Notes: generated by a model from the letters alone, not told the origin. Shown: positions 40,449-52,840, counted from the first letter of the stretch. The stretch is 64,000 nt of DNA from an uncultured bacterium (GCA_937124615.1 CAKZKR010000069.1:3819-67818), one strand, 5' to 3'. Numbers and translations are program-made.

Positions 40449-43400
40449 TTATTCTTCCAAAGCAGAAAGATCTTCTTTTCGTTCGGTCTGTATATCTAAA
40501 TGTTCTTCAAATTCTTTTTCTGCAATACTAACTAATACAGGTTCGGATTTTTGATAGAACTTACTACCTGTTCCAGCCGGGATTAAATGCCCAATAATAA
40601 CATTTTCTTTTAGTCCACGAAGGTAATCGCATTTCCCGCGTATTGCAGCGTCTGTTAGAACACGGGTTGTATGTTGAAATGAAGCGGCTGCTATAAAACT
40701 CTCCGTGCTTAATGCGGACTTGCTTATCCCCTGTAATATAGCTTCTGCTTCTGCAGGTTTTCCTTCGCGTTTGAGAGTTTTATTATTTATTTCTTCAAAT
40801 TTGGAACGGTCAATTATTTCATGAGCAACGAAAGGCGAATCACCTGTATTTTCTTTAATACGAACCTTACGAAGCATCTGACGAATAATAATTTCAAGAT
40901 GTTTGTCATTGGTTTTTACACCCTGTGCCCGATATACTCTCTGGATTTCATCCAGGATATATTTACGAACGGCTTCTTCTCCCTTAATTTCAAGAATATC
41001 TTCAAGAATAATAGGTCCATCCGTTAATTGTTGTCCTGCATATACACGGTCGCCTTGTTGCACAAACAAATGTTTACCCGGTGGGATTGTATATTCTCGT
41101 TCTTTACCAATTTTTGGAACTACTTTTACTTTACGCATACCTTTTATAGAACCACCAATCTCTACAATCCCATCAATATGACTTATAATAGCAGGATTCT
41201 TTGGAACTCGGGCTTCGAATAATTCTGCCACTCGAGGTAAACCACCCACAATATCTTTTGTCTTTCCTAATTTGCGTGGTGTTTTCGCTAAGATGTCTCC
41301 TGCTTCTACTTGATCCCCATCCTGTATCATCAGATGTGTTTCAGGAGGTAAAGGAGCAAACGCTAACACCTCTCCCTGTTCACCAATGATAAGAATTTGG
41401 GGATGTAAATCATGTTTATGTTCTGTAATAACACGCTCTTCCAAACGGGTTTCCTGGTTTATCTCAACCTGCATTGTAACGCCCTCAATAACCCCCTCCA
41501 ACTTAACTTTACCGGATCGTTCCGCAACAATAACCTGATTATATGGGTCCCATTTATAGAGTAAAGCCCCTTTCTTCAATTTCTGTTCATTTTCACAGAA
41601 AAGCACGGATCCCATTGCAGGAGCAAAGCGAATAATTTCTTTGCCTTCATCGTTTAGAACACGAATTTCTCCACCACGATTCAAAATAACAGTTTCACCT
41701 TTACGGTTCTTATCGGTCCTGATGTTATTGAATATTACTTTTCCATTTTCAGGGATACGGATTTCAGGATTTTCTACCTGTAAACTCGCCGCACCACCAA
41801 TGTGGAAGGTTCTCATCGTCAATTGTGTCCCGGGTTCACCAATAGCCTGTGCAGCAATTATACCCACCGCTTCTCCTAATTCTACTAATCGGCCTGTGGC
41901 AAGATTTCTACCGTAACACAAAGCACAAACACCTCGTTTTGCTTGGCAAGTTAGCACAGAACGCACATTTACACCCGGCAGACCGGATTCAACTATTATT
42001 TTCGCTTTCTCTTCTGTAATTTCTTCGTTAGCATAAACAACAGGTTCTGATTTTCCAGGAATGGTTATATCTTCAATGGCATACCTACCAACAATTCTTT
42101 CATCCAACGAAGTTATCACATCCGGACCAGAGGTCAAGGGTTCTACATATACACCGTCCATGGTTCTACAATCATATTCTTCTATGGTCACATCTTGAGC
42201 CACATCCACCAGACGACGGGTAAGATATCCTGCGTCGGCTGTTTTTAATGCGGTATCAGCTAATCCTTTACGAGCACCATGTGCTGAAATGAAGTATTCT
42301 AATACACTCAGTCCCTCCCTGAAATTGGAGGTAATCGGGGTTTCAATAACATCACCTGAAGGTTTGGCCATTACACCACGCATACCTGCTAATTGTCGAA
42401 TCTGGTCTTTACTTCCTCTTGCCTTAGAAACATACATCAAATACAATCCTGTGAATCCTTGTTCCTTCTGCTCAAGACAAGTTAACATCGCAGATGAAAC
42501 GGAATCTGTTGCCATTTTCCATTCTTCAATAATCTTATTTGTTCGTTCTCTTTGTGTTAGTAAACCATGTTGATACTGCTCTTCTATATTCTCAACTTGC
42601 TTACGAGAACGAGATAATATTTTTTCTTTTTCCGGAGGGATTGTCATGTCTTCTATAGCGATAGATAGCCCCGATTTTGTGGCATATTTGAACCCAACAT
42701 TTTTTAAACAATCCAACAATTCCACTGTTTTGCGATGTCCAAACTTTTTATAACAATTTGCGATCACTTGTCCAATTGTAGATTGATTATGTTCCATATT
42801 TATATCTTTTAATTCGATCTCAGGAGGCAATCCATCCCAGAGAAGAACTCTACCCACCGTCGTATCTACCACTTCCCCATTAGTAAATATTTTGATCCTT
42901 GCATGAATATCTACATGTCCGAAGTGGTAGGCCAACAACACAGATTCTTTAGTAGAATATATTTTTCCTGCATTGCAAAGGACTTTTCCATCTTTTGTCT
43001 TCCATTCCTCTTTCCATTCCCCTTTTGCCCCAGGACGAGAACGAGAAAGCCATGCAATCCCCAAAACAATATCCTGACTTGGGGTAACAATAGGCGAACC
43101 ATCTGATGGAGAAAAGATATTCGAAGAAGCCATCATTAATAGGTGAGCTTCCAATTGTGCAGCAGGTGTCAGAGGAACATGGACAGCCATCTGGTCTCCG
43201 TCAAAATCTGCATTATAAGCTCGACACACTAAGGGATGAATACGGATGGCATTTCCTTCAATTAATATAGGCTGAAAAGCCTGGATTCCTAAACGATGAA
43301 GCGTAGGGGCTCGATTAAGTAGAACGGGATGGTCCTTAATAACTTCCTCTATAGCATCCCAAACTTCAGGCCTCCCCTGTTGAATCATCTTCTTGGCTGA

Positions 43401-44573
43401 TTTAATGGTAATCGAGATCCCTTTCTGTTGTAGTCGGTTAATAACAAAGGGTTCGAATAGCGTTAAAGCCATCCGTTTCGGCAAACCACATTGATTGAGT
43501 TTCAATTCTGGACCAACTACAATGACAGACCGTCCCGAGTAATCAACACGCTTGCCCAATAAATTCTGGCGAAACCGCCCTTGTTTCCCTTTTATGAAAT
43601 CGCTCAAAGATTTAAGGGGTCTTAAATTCGTCCCCATCACAGCCCGACCATGTCTCCCATTATCAAATAGTGCATCTACCGCTTCTTGAAGCATTCTCTT
43701 CTCATTACGAACGATTATCTCCGGTGTCCGAATTTCCATAATCTTCTTAAGACGAATGTTACGATTTAAGACACGCCGATACAAATCGTTCAAATCGCTG
43801 GTTGCATATCGCCCACCATCTAATGGAACCAAAGGCCTTAAATCAGGGGGAAGGACAGGGATTACTTCAAGTACCATCCATGAGGGTTGATTTCCTGATT
43901 TCCGGAACGCTTCGACAATTTGTAGTCTTTTTACTGCTTTTGCTCGAACTTGCGCCGATGCAGAGGTCGTAAACAAATTACGAAGTTCTGCAGACAATAC
44001 ATCGAGATTTAAATCTTCTAATAAAATTTTTATAGCCTCTGCACCCATTTTGGCTTTGAATGAATTAGAACCATACTCTTCTATTGCTTCTTGATACTCG
44101 TCTTCAGATAGAATTTGCATTTTCTCTAAACGAGTCGTTCCGGGGTCAATAACAATATAACTTTCATAGTAAATAACTCGTTCCAGACTACGAACAGGCA
44201 AATCCAAAAGATTCCCCATACACGAGGGATTGTTTTTAAAGAACCAGATGTGTGCAACCGGTGCCGCCAAAGTTATAGAACCCATTCGTTCGCGTCGCAC
44301 TTTGGATTCCGTAATTTCAACATAGCATTTATCGCAAACAATACCTCGATGTTTTACTTTTTTATACTTTCCACAACCACATTCCCAATCTTTTGTAGGA
44401 CCGAATATTTTTTCGCAGAACAAACCGTCCTTTTCGGGTTTAAAAGTCCGATAGTTTAGTGTTTCGGGCTTTTTGACTTCTCCTTTCGACCATTTCATTA
44501 TCTCCTCAGGAGAGGCTATCCGAATTTGAAGTGCATCAAATCGATCTGTTGTGGTAGGAACATATTTAGCCAA
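40449..44573 (-). CDS. rpoC: DNA-directed RNA polymerase subunit beta'
   Basis: 1374 aa. Zinc-binding CGCGKYK…CDKC. NADFDGD catalytic motif. Collinear conservation throughout. Confidence 0.97.
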   Translation of the reverse strand: MAKYVPTTTDRFDALQIRIASPEEIMKWSKGEVKKPETLNYRTFKPEKDGLFCEKIFGPTKDWECGCGKYKKVKHRGIVCDKCYVEITESKVRRERMGSITLAAPVAHIWFFKNNPSCMGNLLDLPVRSLERVIYYESYIVIDPGTTRLEKMQILSEDEYQEAIEEYGSNSFKAKMGAEAIKILLEDLNLDVLSAELRNLFTTSASAQVRAKAVKRLQIVEAFRKSGNQPSWMVLEVIPVLPPDLRPLVPLDGGRYATSDLNDLYRRVLNRNIRLKKIMEIRTPEIIVRNEKRMLQEAVDALFDNGRHGRAVMGTNLRPLKSLSDFIKGKQGRFRQNLLGKRVDYSGRSVIVVGPELKLNQCGLPKRMALTLFEPFVINRLQQKGISITIKSAKKMIQQGRPEVWDAIEEVIKDHPVLLNRAPTLHRLGIQAFQPILIEGNAIRIHPLVCRAYNADFDGDQMAVHVPLTPAAQLEAHLLMMASSNIFSPSDGSPIVTPSQDIVLGIAWLSRSRPGAKGEWKEEWKTKDGKVLCNAGKIYSTKESVLLAYHFGHVDIHARIKIFTNGEVVDTTVGRVLLWDGLPPEIELKDINMEHNQSTIGQVIANCYKKFGHRKTVELLDCLKNVGFKYATKSGLSIAIEDMTIPPEKEKILSRSRKQVENIEEQYQHGLLTQRERTNKIIEEWKMATDSVSSAMLTCLEQKEQGFTGLYLMYVSKARGSKDQIRQLAGMRGVMAKPSGDVIETPITSNFREGLSVLEYFISAHGARKGLADTALKTADAGYLTRRLVDVAQDVTIEEYDCRTMDGVYVEPLTSGPDVITSLDERIVGRYAIEDITIPGKSEPVVYANEEITEEKAKIIVESGLPGVNVRSVLTCQAKRGVCALCYGRNLATGRLVELGEAVGIIAAQAIGEPGTQLTMRTFHIGGAASLQVENPEIRIPENGKVIFNNIRTDKNRKGETVILNRGGEIRVLNDEGKEIIRFAPAMGSVLFCENEQKLKKGALLYKWDPYNQVIVAERSGKVKLEGVIEGVTMQVEINQETRLEERVITEHKHDLHPQILIIGEQGEVLAFAPLPPETHLMIQDGDQVEAGDILAKTPRKLGKTKDIVGGLPRVAELFEARVPKNPAIISHIDGIVEIGGSIKGMRKVKVVPKIGKEREYTIPPGKHLFVQQGDRVYAGQQLTDGPIILEDILEIKGEEAVRKYILDEIQRVYRAQGVKTNDKHLEIIIRQMLRKVRIKENTGDSPFVAHEIIDRSKFEEINNKTLKREGKPAEAEAILQGISKSALSTESFIAAASFQHTTRVLTDAAIRGKCDYLRGLKENVIIGHLIPAGTGSKFYQKSEPVLVSIAEKEFEEHLDIQTERKEDLSALEE

Positions 44574-47500
44574 GGTATATATCCTCCTCGTCTTCTTGTT
44601 CTTCTGTATCTATTGCTGTTTCTAATTTTGCAAGTTTAATTACATCAAGACAAAGACTTTGCATTTCCCGAATGATCACATTAAATGACTCGGGAACAGA
44701 AGGCTCGACATCATAATCACCTTTTACGATGGCATCGTAAATTTTTGTTCTTCCTTGAATGTCATCTGATTTTATTGTAAGCATTTCCTGAAGGGTATGG
44801 GCCGCACCATATGCTTCTAACGCCCAAACTTCCATTTCTCCAAATCGCTGTCCACCTGAATTGGCTTTACCACCCAATGGCTGTTGTGTTACTAATGAAT
44901 ACGGTCCAATAGCTCGTGCATGAATCTTATCATCTACCATATGGTTTAACTTCATCATATAGATATAACCAACACAGGTCTCATGATGAAATTCTTCACC
45001 TGTTTTACCATCACGAAGTTTTACTTTCCCAGTTGTTGGTAGTCCTGCTTTTTTCAGATAATCGATAATAGTCTCTTCCTTAGGTCCGTTAAAAACAGGT
45101 GATGCTATTTTCAGTCCGAGAACTTTTAAAGCCCAACCCAAATGCGTTTCTAATATTTGCCCAACATTCATACGAGAAGGGACACCTAACGGATTTAGGA
45201 TAATCTGGATAGGAGTCCCGTCGGGCAAGAAGGGCATGTCTTCTACAGGGACAATCTTGGCTACAACACCTTTATTTCCATGGCGACCGGCCATTTTATC
45301 CCCTACGGACATTTTTCGTTTAGTTGCAATATAAACCTTTACAACTTTATTTACTCCCGGAGGTAACTCATCTCCTTCTCTCAGTCTCTCTAATTCCTTT
45401 TCTCGAAACGATAGGAGTTTTTGTTCTTCTATCGCTGCTTGATTAACCAACCTCGTAAACCGGGCTTGTACCTTTTTATCCTCAATTCGTAACCGACCAA
45501 GAATAGAATAATCCAACTCTCTCAAATGGGATGGTCTTACGGCCTTTCCTTTTTCAAGAGCAAAAGCATTTTTATTGAAGTCAAAAACATCTTCCGTTAT
45601 TCTCTGACCCAACATATCATCACGAACCAAATCTACAAAAGTTTTTCGAATTTTATCTATACGCTCCGCATATTCTTGCTTGATTCGATCCGCCTCACGG
45701 GTAATTCTTGATTTGGTCTGTTTATCCATTGCTTTATTCCGACGACTGGATACTTTCACATCAACAACAACACCTTCTGTATCCGGGGGAACATACAATG
45801 AGGCGTTTCGAACATCTTCAGCTTTCTCTCCAAATATAGCAATCAACAATTTTTCTTCAGGTGCTAACTCTTGCTCTCCTTTCGGAGTAACTTTACCTAC
45901 AAGAATATCACCGGGCTTCACTTTTGAACCAATATGGATAACTCCATTTTCATCAAGATTTCTTAATGTATCCTCACCTTCATTGGGGATATCCGGTGTA
46001 ATTTCTTCGGGACCCAATTTCGTATCCCGTGCTTCAATTTCAAATACTTCAATTTGAATGGAGGTAAAAACATCATCTTTAATTAATTCTTCGCTCAGGA
46101 TAATAGCATCTTCAAAGTTGTACCCTTCCCATGGGAGAAATGCAACCAATACATTTCTTCCTAATGCCATTTCTCCATCACACATACCCGGACCATCGGC
46201 TATAACATCACCCGCATTGACCTTATCGCCTTCCTTTACAATAGGCTTTTGATTAATACATGTGCTTTGATTCGAGCGGGCAAATTTTTTCAAACGATAC
46301 ACATCTTCTTCCAATTTAAATGGATTGTCTGTTCTTGCACTGTCAATGCGAATGCGAATTGTCTCACTATCGGCATATTCAACAACTCCTGCTCGTTCTG
46401 CTCGAACCGCCGTCCCTGAATACCTTGCACAAATCTTTTCCAGACCCGTTCCCACCAGAGGTTGTTCTGCTTTTAATAATGGGACGGCCTGTCGTTGCAT
46501 GTTCGACCCCATCAAAGCACGGTTAGCGTCGTCATGTTCTAAGAACGGTACCAATGCGGCTGCTGCACTTACAATCTGCTTCGGGGAAACATCCATAAAA
46601 TCCACCTCTTCCGGTGGAACCATTGGAAAATCCCCTTTGTGACGACACAGAACAAAATGGTTCTTAAATTTTCCTTTATTATCTAATGGCTCATTGGCCT
46701 GGGCTATTTTATAATTATCTTCGTCATATGCGGTTAAATAAACGATCTCATCTGTTACTCTACCATTCTCTACTTTACGATATGGGGTTTCGAGAAATCC
46801 ATATTCGTTTATCCTCGCGTATGTCGCCATCGAAGCCATTAATCCAATATTAGATCCTTCAGGTGTTTCTATCGGACAAATCCGCCCATAATGGGTCGGG
46901 TGGACATCGCGAACCTCGAAACCGGCGCGGTCTCGGTTTAACCCACCGGGACCCAATGCGCTTAACCGCCGTTTATGAGTCAGTTCAGATAAGGGATTTA
47001 TTTGGTCCATAAAATGGGATAATTGACTTCTTCCAAAAAAGTCTTTTAACACAATACCAATCGGCTTCGAGTTTATCAGTGATTGTGGAGTGTATTCCTT
47101 GTCATCCGAGCGATAACCCATCCGTTCACGGATTGTTTTTTCCATCCTCGCCAAACCGATACGGAATTGATTCATCAACTGTTCGCCAACTGTTCTTACA
47201 CGCCGATTTCCTAAATGATCAATATCATCCAGTGTTCCTTCCCCTCTATGCAATCGTACCAGGTATTTAAGGGTCTCAATAATATCTTCTTTTGTTAGAG
47301 TCCTTTGCTTCTGAGAAATCTGCAAGCCTAATTTCCTATTGATTTTATATCTGCCTACAGAAGCAAAATCATACCGGGCCGGATCAAAAAACAAACTATC
47401 GAAATGCTTACGACACTGTGCATCATTAGCAGGGTCCCCCGGTCTCATACGCACATAAATTTCACGAAGGGCTTCCTCCTGGGTTTGGGCCTGGTCCATA

Positions 47501-48477
47501 TTCAGTGTCTGTGCAATACTAATATCACTTAATACATCTTGTAAGTTCAAAATATAGAACTCGCGAATAGGTGAACGAAGGACTGCGTTTAGAACGGCTG
47601 TTGTGATTTGTGATGAGGCATCTGCTAAAACTTCACCTGTTTCAGGATCAATAATATCTGTTGCAAGCCAACTACCTACTAACTCTTTTACTTCCACACG
47701 GTTTTCTACTTCTTTTTCCGTATCTTTACCCCCTCGTTTTATCCTCTGCTTCTGAAAAATACATGCTTTACCCCGCTTTATCTGGACACGGTCAATTCTA
47801 TAAAACATTTGTAAAATTTTATCGGATTCTACATATCCCAGAGCCTTTAAAAATGTGGTGGCAAGCATTCGAACTCGGCGATCCACAGTAATCCATAACA
47901 CATCGTTTATATCATATTCAAACTCTATCCATGCCCCACGATAGGGAATAATTCGAGCAGACAAAAGAAGTTTTCCCCCTTGATGTGGTTTCCTCTCAAA
48001 AGAGACACCCGGCGATTTATGTAATTGACTCACAATCACACGTTCCGCTCCATTAATAATAAATGTCCCCATTGGTGTCATAAGAGGAAGCTCGGCTATG
48101 AAAACTTCTTGTTCAAGAACTTGTTTTTCTTCTTTCTCTCCCTTAAGAGATTCTTCATATAAGGTAAGTCTTATAGTGGCCTTTAATGTACCACTGTAAG
48201 TTAACCCTAAATTCTGACATTCCTCAATTGTATATTTAGGAGGGACAATGTTGTAGTAAATAAATTCTAACTTTGTTAAACCATTAGGCGATTCTATGGG
48301 GAAATACTCGTTTAGAACCGCTTGTAATCCTTTATTTTGCCGTTCACGAGGCGGAACTTCCCACTGTAAAAAATCAGTAAACGACTTGGTTTGAATCTCA
48401 ATGAGATTCGGCAGATGGGATAAATCTTCAGGTGCACGAGATAATAAGATACGTTCTGTTCGGGGAGCCACAGCCAT
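44566..48477 (-). CDS. rpoB: DNA-directed RNA polymerase subunit beta
   Basis: 1303 aa. Conserved blocks [10 protein letters not shown], ...PHQGGK..., [27 protein letters not shown]. 8-nt overlap with rpoC. Confidence 0.97.
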   Translation of the reverse strand: MAVAPRTERILLSRAPEDLSHLPNLIEIQTKSFTDFLQWEVPPRERQNKGLQAVLNEYFPIESPNGLTKLEFIYYNIVPPKYTIEECQNLGLTYSGTLKATIRLTLYEESLKGEKEEKQVLEQEVFIAELPLMTPMGTFIINGAERVIVSQLHKSPGVSFERKPHQGGKLLLSARIIPYRGAWIEFEYDINDVLWITVDRRVRMLATTFLKALGYVESDKILQMFYRIDRVQIKRGKACIFQKQRIKRGGKDTEKEVENRVEVKELVGSWLATDIIDPETGEVLADASSQITTAVLNAVLRSPIREFYILNLQDVLSDISIAQTLNMDQAQTQEEALREIYVRMRPGDPANDAQCRKHFDSLFFDPARYDFASVGRYKINRKLGLQISQKQRTLTKEDIIETLKYLVRLHRGEGTLDDIDHLGNRRVRTVGEQLMNQFRIGLARMEKTIRERMGYRSDDKEYTPQSLINSKPIGIVLKDFFGRSQLSHFMDQINPLSELTHKRRLSALGPGGLNRDRAGFEVRDVHPTHYGRICPIETPEGSNIGLMASMATYARINEYGFLETPYRKVENGRVTDEIVYLTAYDEDNYKIAQANEPLDNKGKFKNHFVLCRHKGDFPMVPPEEVDFMDVSPKQIVSAAAALVPFLEHDDANRALMGSNMQRQAVPLLKAEQPLVGTGLEKICARYSGTAVRAERAGVVEYADSETIRIRIDSARTDNPFKLEEDVYRLKKFARSNQSTCINQKPIVKEGDKVNAGDVIADGPGMCDGEMALGRNVLVAFLPWEGYNFEDAIILSEELIKDDVFTSIQIEVFEIEARDTKLGPEEITPDIPNEGEDTLRNLDENGVIHIGSKVKPGDILVGKVTPKGEQELAPEEKLLIAIFGEKAEDVRNASLYVPPDTEGVVVDVKVSSRRNKAMDKQTKSRITREADRIKQEYAERIDKIRKTFVDLVRDDMLGQRITEDVFDFNKNAFALEKGKAVRPSHLRELDYSILGRLRIEDKKVQARFTRLVNQAAIEEQKLLSFREKELERLREGDELPPGVNKVVKVYIATKRKMSVGDKMAGRHGNKGVVAKIVPVEDMPFLPDGTPIQIILNPLGVPSRMNVGQILETHLGWALKVLGLKIASPVFNGPKEETIIDYLKKAGLPTTGKVKLRDGKTGEEFHHETCVGYIYMMKLNHMVDDKIHARAIGPYSLVTQQPLGGKANSGGQRFGEMEVWALEAYGAAHTLQEMLTIKSDDIQGRTKIYDAIVKGDYDVEPSVPESFNVIIREMQSLCLDVIKLAKLETAIDTEEQEDEEDIYLG

Positions 48478-48779
48478 TCAAAAACTCCTTATATAGGGTT
48501 CCGGAAAATTTATGAGAAGTGACACTTATACCTCTTCTGATCCTTACTGGTGCATGGATAATTCATGATTTTACCGATATTTATGTTCAAAATCATAAGG
48601 TCTTCATTATAGAGGAAATATTATAGCAATTTTAAAGCCAAAAAGCAAATCCCCTTCCCCCCTTCTCAAATTCATTGAATCTTGTCATTCTTTATGTATA
48701 CATTTTCTCCTATTTTAACTCATAGCAAAATTGCAATCTTTTAATATTCTATCAAATCTTTTTTTATAATTCAAGTATT

Positions 48780-49472
48780 TTAGCGAAAAAATTTAGGATG
48801 GTTTCCAGCAATAACAACAGTAACTTCACCCTTTACAAATTCTGATTTCAATCTTTCTATCAACTCCGAAAGATAACCTCGATAAACACGCTCAAATTTT
48901 TTCGTCATTTCAAAACAGACTGCACATTTTCGGTCTCCCAAAACACTGTAAGATTGTTCCAGAAATTTTTGAACCCGGTAAGGAGATTCAAAAAAAATCA
49001 ATGTGTGAGGCAAATCTTTTTCTTGTTCGAGAAACCGATGTAAAGGACCCTCCTTCCGCGGTGGGAATCCTTTAAATGTATATGAAGATGTAGGCAATCC
49101 AGAAGCAACAAGGGCTGTTTCAACAGCAGTTGCACCCGGGATAACCTCCACATCATAACCTGAATCAATTACCGATTGGACCAGTTTAAATCCCGGATCG
49201 CTAATACATGGAATTCCTCCATCTGAACACAATCCAACCTTTATCCCTTTGGACAATTCTTCAAGAACACTCGAAATCACCCTGGGTTCTCTTGCTTCAA
49301 AAAAAGCCCAGATACGAGATGGAATCGGTATTTGGTAATGACCATACAATCTACGAGTAACACGCGTATCTTCACAAAGAAGCAGTTCGATTTCTCTCAA
49401 CACTCTTAAAGCCCGATGTGTTATATCTTCCATATTCCCAATAGGGGTTGTTATAATATACAATTTACCCAT
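48780..49472 (-). CDS. rsmI: 16S rRNA (cytidine1402-2'-O)-methyltransferase RsmI
   Basis: N-terminal GKLYIITTPIGNMEDITHRALRVLREIELLLCEDTR, typical of RsmI (tetrapyrrole-methylase fold). Confidence 0.85.
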   Translation of the reverse strand: MGKLYIITTPIGNMEDITHRALRVLREIELLLCEDTRVTRRLYGHYQIPIPSRIWAFFEAREPRVISSVLEELSKGIKVGLCSDGGIPCISDPGFKLVQSVIDSGYDVEVIPGATAVETALVASGLPTSSYTFKGFPPRKEGPLHRFLEQEKDLPHTLIFFESPYRVQKFLEQSYSVLGDRKCAVCFEMTKKFERVYRGYLSELIERLKSEFVKGEVTVVIAGNHPKFFR

Positions 49473-49517
49473 AGAGTTTTCTTTTCCAGGTGTATTAAAT
49501 TCATCCTATTCCAAAGA

Positions 49518-50519
49518 TTAATCCAAATCAATTTTCGGTTTTAACACAACCGCATTTTCTGCTTGCATAGCCTTTACAATTTGTTCATACATTTCTTCAT
49601 CTTTATAAATTCCCACAATAGCACCTCCCGACCCTGTAAATTGGGCATTGGCACCCACAGAACGAGCAATGTCCACCAAACGAACCTGACGAGGGTCAAG
49701 ATTGTAAATACTTTTCCTACGGTCAAAATTTAGGTCCATCCAGACGCCAATTTCGTCCCCTCTTCCTGCCCAGAGTAAATCCCGAGCCTTTTGAGCATAT
49801 TCCGCAAAATCATACATCGCTTGATGAACCTCTGGGTCTCCATCAAGCCATCGCTGTCGAACATTATTATGAAATACTTCAGATCCCTCAGACAGTTCTT
49901 TTCTATATGCTATAAATAACTTCGGCAACAGCGATATAGGGATTTCTTCATAATATCCATATCCCTGTTTCTCCATCAACTCTTTACCAAAATCCATGAA
50001 TACACATCCCTCATAAACCTGGATAACGCGGTCTTGCAAACCTGCAAAAATACCCAGTTCTTCCGTTTCAACACTCAAAATAATATTAGGAAGAATAGGC
50101 TTCGGGATTTCTACCTCATAAAATTCCATCAAACATTTCATAGTAGCAGTTACCAGAGCACTGGAACCTGCCAATCCCAATCGGCGAGGAATCGTGGAAC
50201 GATAACGAATAGAAAAATTTTTTTGCGGAAGATGAATGTTATGCTTCTGGCAATACCTGTAAAATTTATAAATTCCTGCCTTCATTAAGCGAATACCACC
50301 ATAGTACCCATTCAAACGGACATCTTCTACTAGGTTTTCAATAGATTCATATTTTGATTGGTCTTGAAAACTTGGAATGATTTCCAGATGGGGGCTTTCA
50401 TAAAGACTTACTTTCGCATAAAAATCACGAATAATTACACTAATTGTCTTTCCAAAATAACCATCCGAAGGATTACCAACCAATCCTGCTCGTGAATATG
50501 CCACACATTCTATTGCCAT
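49518..50519 (-). CDS. GHMP-family kinase (substrate unknown; sugar/sugar-phosphate kinase-like)
   Basis: N-terminal AYSRAGLVGNPSDGYFG and phosphate-binding loop PRRLGLAGSSALVTA (GHMP motif II). C-terminal GSGGA motif III. Confidence 0.6.
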   Translation of the reverse strand: MAIECVAYSRAGLVGNPSDGYFGKTISVIIRDFYAKVSLYESPHLEIIPSFQDQSKYESIENLVEDVRLNGYYGGIRLMKAGIYKFYRYCQKHNIHLPQKNFSIRYRSTIPRRLGLAGSSALVTATMKCLMEFYEVEIPKPILPNIILSVETEELGIFAGLQDRVIQVYEGCVFMDFGKELMEKQGYGYYEEIPISLLPKLFIAYRKELSEGSEVFHNNVRQRWLDGDPEVHQAMYDFAEYAQKARDLLWAGRGDEIGVWMDLNFDRRKSIYNLDPRQVRLVDIARSVGANAQFTGSGGAIVGIYKDEEMYEQIVKAMQAENAVVLKPKIDLD

Positions 50520-50660
50520 AATTTTACCCTTACTTTTTATAAATTCAGGGATATATTATATCGAATTGACCTCCCACCTTTCTCACTATAAACACAGGGA
50601 TGATTTGATATCTTCACTTATAGAACTCTATTTTGAAAAGAAAGATAGAAAAATAAAATA

Positions 50661-51584
50661 TTAACGAAGATAATCTAATAGACTGGGCTGGATAACACGA
50701 GATGCAGCGTTAAGTGCGGCCTGATATGCATTGGTTTGTGTATTTAAATTTACGATAACTTCTGCCATATCCGCGTCAATACTGTCCGAAATAACCCTCT
50801 GAAACTCAATATTTGCATTTCTTAAATTTTCTTCCGTGCTATCCAATCGCTTATTAACGGCACCTACTTTAGCCAGTGCTAATGAAAGTTGTGAAATAGC
50901 ATAGTTTGCTTCTTGAATTCTTTGCTCCACTCCGGTAAAGTTCGCGGATCGTAAATTGTCACGAAGTGAAATCAGAGTTTGAAAAATGTTTGTAGTTTGA
51001 GACCCCGTCGCCAGAAAAACTTCTCTTCCTGTAAGATTCGTTATAACCTGGGTCCCTTCCATAATTTCAGTATTAATATAATTGTCATTTCCATTATAAG
51101 TTACAGATGTTATTTCTCCATTTGCATTTCTTGTTTCTTGAAATGGAGCGGTAGTAGTAACAGTCCCTCCAAAAATATATCTACCACTGGTTTGATGATT
51201 GGCTTCCTTTAGTAATGCTTCAATTAATTGATTTACTTCCGTTGCAATTTGGTCTCGTTGTAATTGGGCATTTGTAGTATTCCTGCCCTGTATGGCTAAT
51301 TCCCTTGCTCGCTGAACAATATCAAGGGTAGTTGCCACTGTGGTCTCCGCTTCATTTAAATAAGGACGGATCGTTGTTATATTCTTAATATATTGCTCAT
51401 TTTGTGCTACCATAGATTGAGCGGATATAGCCCTGCGGGCATTAAGGGGGTCATCTGATGGACGATTTACGCGTTGCCCCGAAGATAGTTGCTCTTGCAA
51501 AGTTAATATTCGGCGTGTTTGATATGCAAGATCGTTAAGAGTTCTATCAACAAGCATCCTTGATGTAACACGAATAACGCCCAT
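50661..51584 (-). CDS. flgL: Flagellar hook-associated protein 3 (hook-filament junction), FlgL
   Basis: The flagellin-like N-terminus TSRMLVDRTLNDLAYQTRRILTLQEQLSSGQRVNRPSDDP matches the FlgL consensus. Conserved C-terminal helix. Short (307 aa). Confidence 0.8.
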   Translation of the reverse strand: MGVIRVTSRMLVDRTLNDLAYQTRRILTLQEQLSSGQRVNRPSDDPLNARRAISAQSMVAQNEQYIKNITTIRPYLNEAETTVATTLDIVQRARELAIQGRNTTNAQLQRDQIATEVNQLIEALLKEANHQTSGRYIFGGTVTTTAPFQETRNANGEITSVTYNGNDNYINTEIMEGTQVITNLTGREVFLATGSQTTNIFQTLISLRDNLRSANFTGVEQRIQEANYAISQLSLALAKVGAVNKRLDSTEENLRNANIEFQRVISDSIDADMAEVIVNLNTQTNAYQAALNAASRVIQPSLLDYLR

Positions 51585-51589
51585 AAATC

Positions 51590-52093
51590 TTATCCTCTAT
51601 CGTCAACAAAACAAGTTAATCCCATTTCTAATTTCTTTGATATTGAGTCCGAGTAGGAAGCCGTTTCTTGCTCTTCATAATACGGATATATATTCTTCAA
51701 TGCATTTCTCGCAGATTCCAATGATACCCGATAAAAGGGGACAGCTTCACCAAGCCATGCTTTCAGATAGAGAATGGCTACCCTCATACGCTCGCAGGAA
51801 TCAACCATGCGCGACTTCCACGGTTCATCAATCTGCTCTGCAACTTTTCTTATATTATTCTCAGGTAGTTTTACTCCTAAATTTCTACTTATTTTTTCAA
51901 CTAATTCTTTTCGTAAAAATTCTGCTCGCGATGTTTCCTTCACCAGATAATCTATTGCAGAAGTCTTCTCATTAAAATATTTAATATTCCCGTTAAAACC
52001 CGCCTGCAATTGCGCCAGACAAACCGATACCAATGTTTCCTGTCGTTCCGCTTGCTCCTCCAGTAACTTACATAAATTTTCAATCTCTTTCAT
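51590..52093 (-). CDS. Hypothetical helical protein in the flagellar operon (possibly a FlgN-like export chaperone)
   Basis: 167 aa, all-helical character. Sits immediately upstream of flgL, where flgK/flgN-type genes occur. No motif confirms it. Confidence 0.35.
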   Translation of the reverse strand: MKEIENLCKLLEEQAERQETLVSVCLAQLQAGFNGNIKYFNEKTSAIDYLVKETSRAEFLRKELVEKISRNLGVKLPENNIRKVAEQIDEPWKSRMVDSCERMRVAILYLKAWLGEAVPFYRVSLESARNALKNIYPYYEEQETASYSDSISKKLEMGLTCFVDDRG

Positions 52094-52118
52094 GAATTAA
52101 ATCCCTTTATAAGATTAT

Positions 52119-52496
52119 CTAATCCTTCACATTTGTGAAGGGTCCGAGATGTGACCACAATATTTGAATTTCCTGTGCCGTTACATATTCGTCTTTATTC
52201 ATATCCCATTGTTGAAATTCTTGAACAGATAAACCACTTTCTCTTACAGAAATCTTTTTGTCCTGATTGATATCATATAAAGACACAATTTTTTCTGCTT
52301 TCTCTTTTGTCAATTCTTTTACACTCAATTCTGATTTAAGAATCTCATAAAAGTTATTGGGGTTGCCTTTAAGAGAAGACTCCTCTGTTTTTTTTCGACT
52401 TACCAACATAAGTGTTTTTGCAAGGGAGTTAATTGCATTCAATCCCATAATCCATTGCATCATTTGATATTCCTTTACATTATTAGTTATCGGCAA
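52119..52496 (-). CDS. Small EF-hand calcium-binding protein encoded within the flagellar operon
   Basis: Two canonical 12-residue EF loops: DINQDKKISVRE and DMNKDEYVTAQE (D1, N3, D5, hydrophobic 8, E12). Confidence 0.5.
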   Translation of the reverse strand: MPITNNVKEYQMMQWIMGLNAINSLAKTLMLVSRKKTEESSLKGNPNNFYEILKSELSVKELTKEKAEKIVSLYDINQDKKISVRESGLSVQEFQQWDMNKDEYVTAQEIQILWSHLGPFTNVKD

Positions 52497-52510
52497 ATCG
52501 CCTTGTTTTC

Positions 52511-52840
52511 TTAAACTTCAAATATTAATTTATTTCCTGTCGTATTACTTACCTTTTGCTGTATTGATTCTGTATTCTGAATAATTTGCTTTGCTATACC
52601 TAACTGTCCTGATTTTGCCATTTCACCAGCAAAAGCATCATTTAACATGTCGTAATATATTTCCTTCGTAGAATTTTGAGGGAAAAGTTTAGAATTCATT
52701 ATTGTCTTTCGCATTTCCTTCAATAGTTCATATAAAAACAATCGCTCCATTTCTTCACCTGCAATTTTTTTTTGATTATTTTCATCAATAGAAAAATTAT
52801 TGCTCGGTCCTACATAACCAATAGGGTTTACATATAACAT
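52511..52840 (-). CDS. flgJ: Flagellar rod-binding protein (FlgJ N-terminal domain only; no muramidase domain)
   Basis: ERLFLYELLKEMRKTIM…YYDMLNDAFAGEMAKSGQLGIAKQI matches the Rod_binding / FlgJ-N pattern. Confidence 0.7.
   Translation of the reverse strand: MLYVNPIGYVGPSNNFSIDENNQKKIAGEEMERLFLYELLKEMRKTIMNSKLFPQNSTKEIYYDMLNDAFAGEMAKSGQLGIAKQIIQNTESIQQKVSNTTGNKLIFEV

Noticed and set aside
40322-40531. 69-aa + strand ORF spanning the rpoC 3' end and terminator region
   Set aside because: Low-complexity Leu/Ile-rich translation of AT-rich DNA. It overlaps the rpoC stop and hairpin.
45526-46642. Several 60-125-aa + strand ORFs inside rpoB, and similar ones inside rpoC (40821-43106)
   Set aside because: Shadow ORFs antisense to highly conserved RNAP genes. 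Compositionally biased (Ser/Pro-rich) translations typical of antisense frames.
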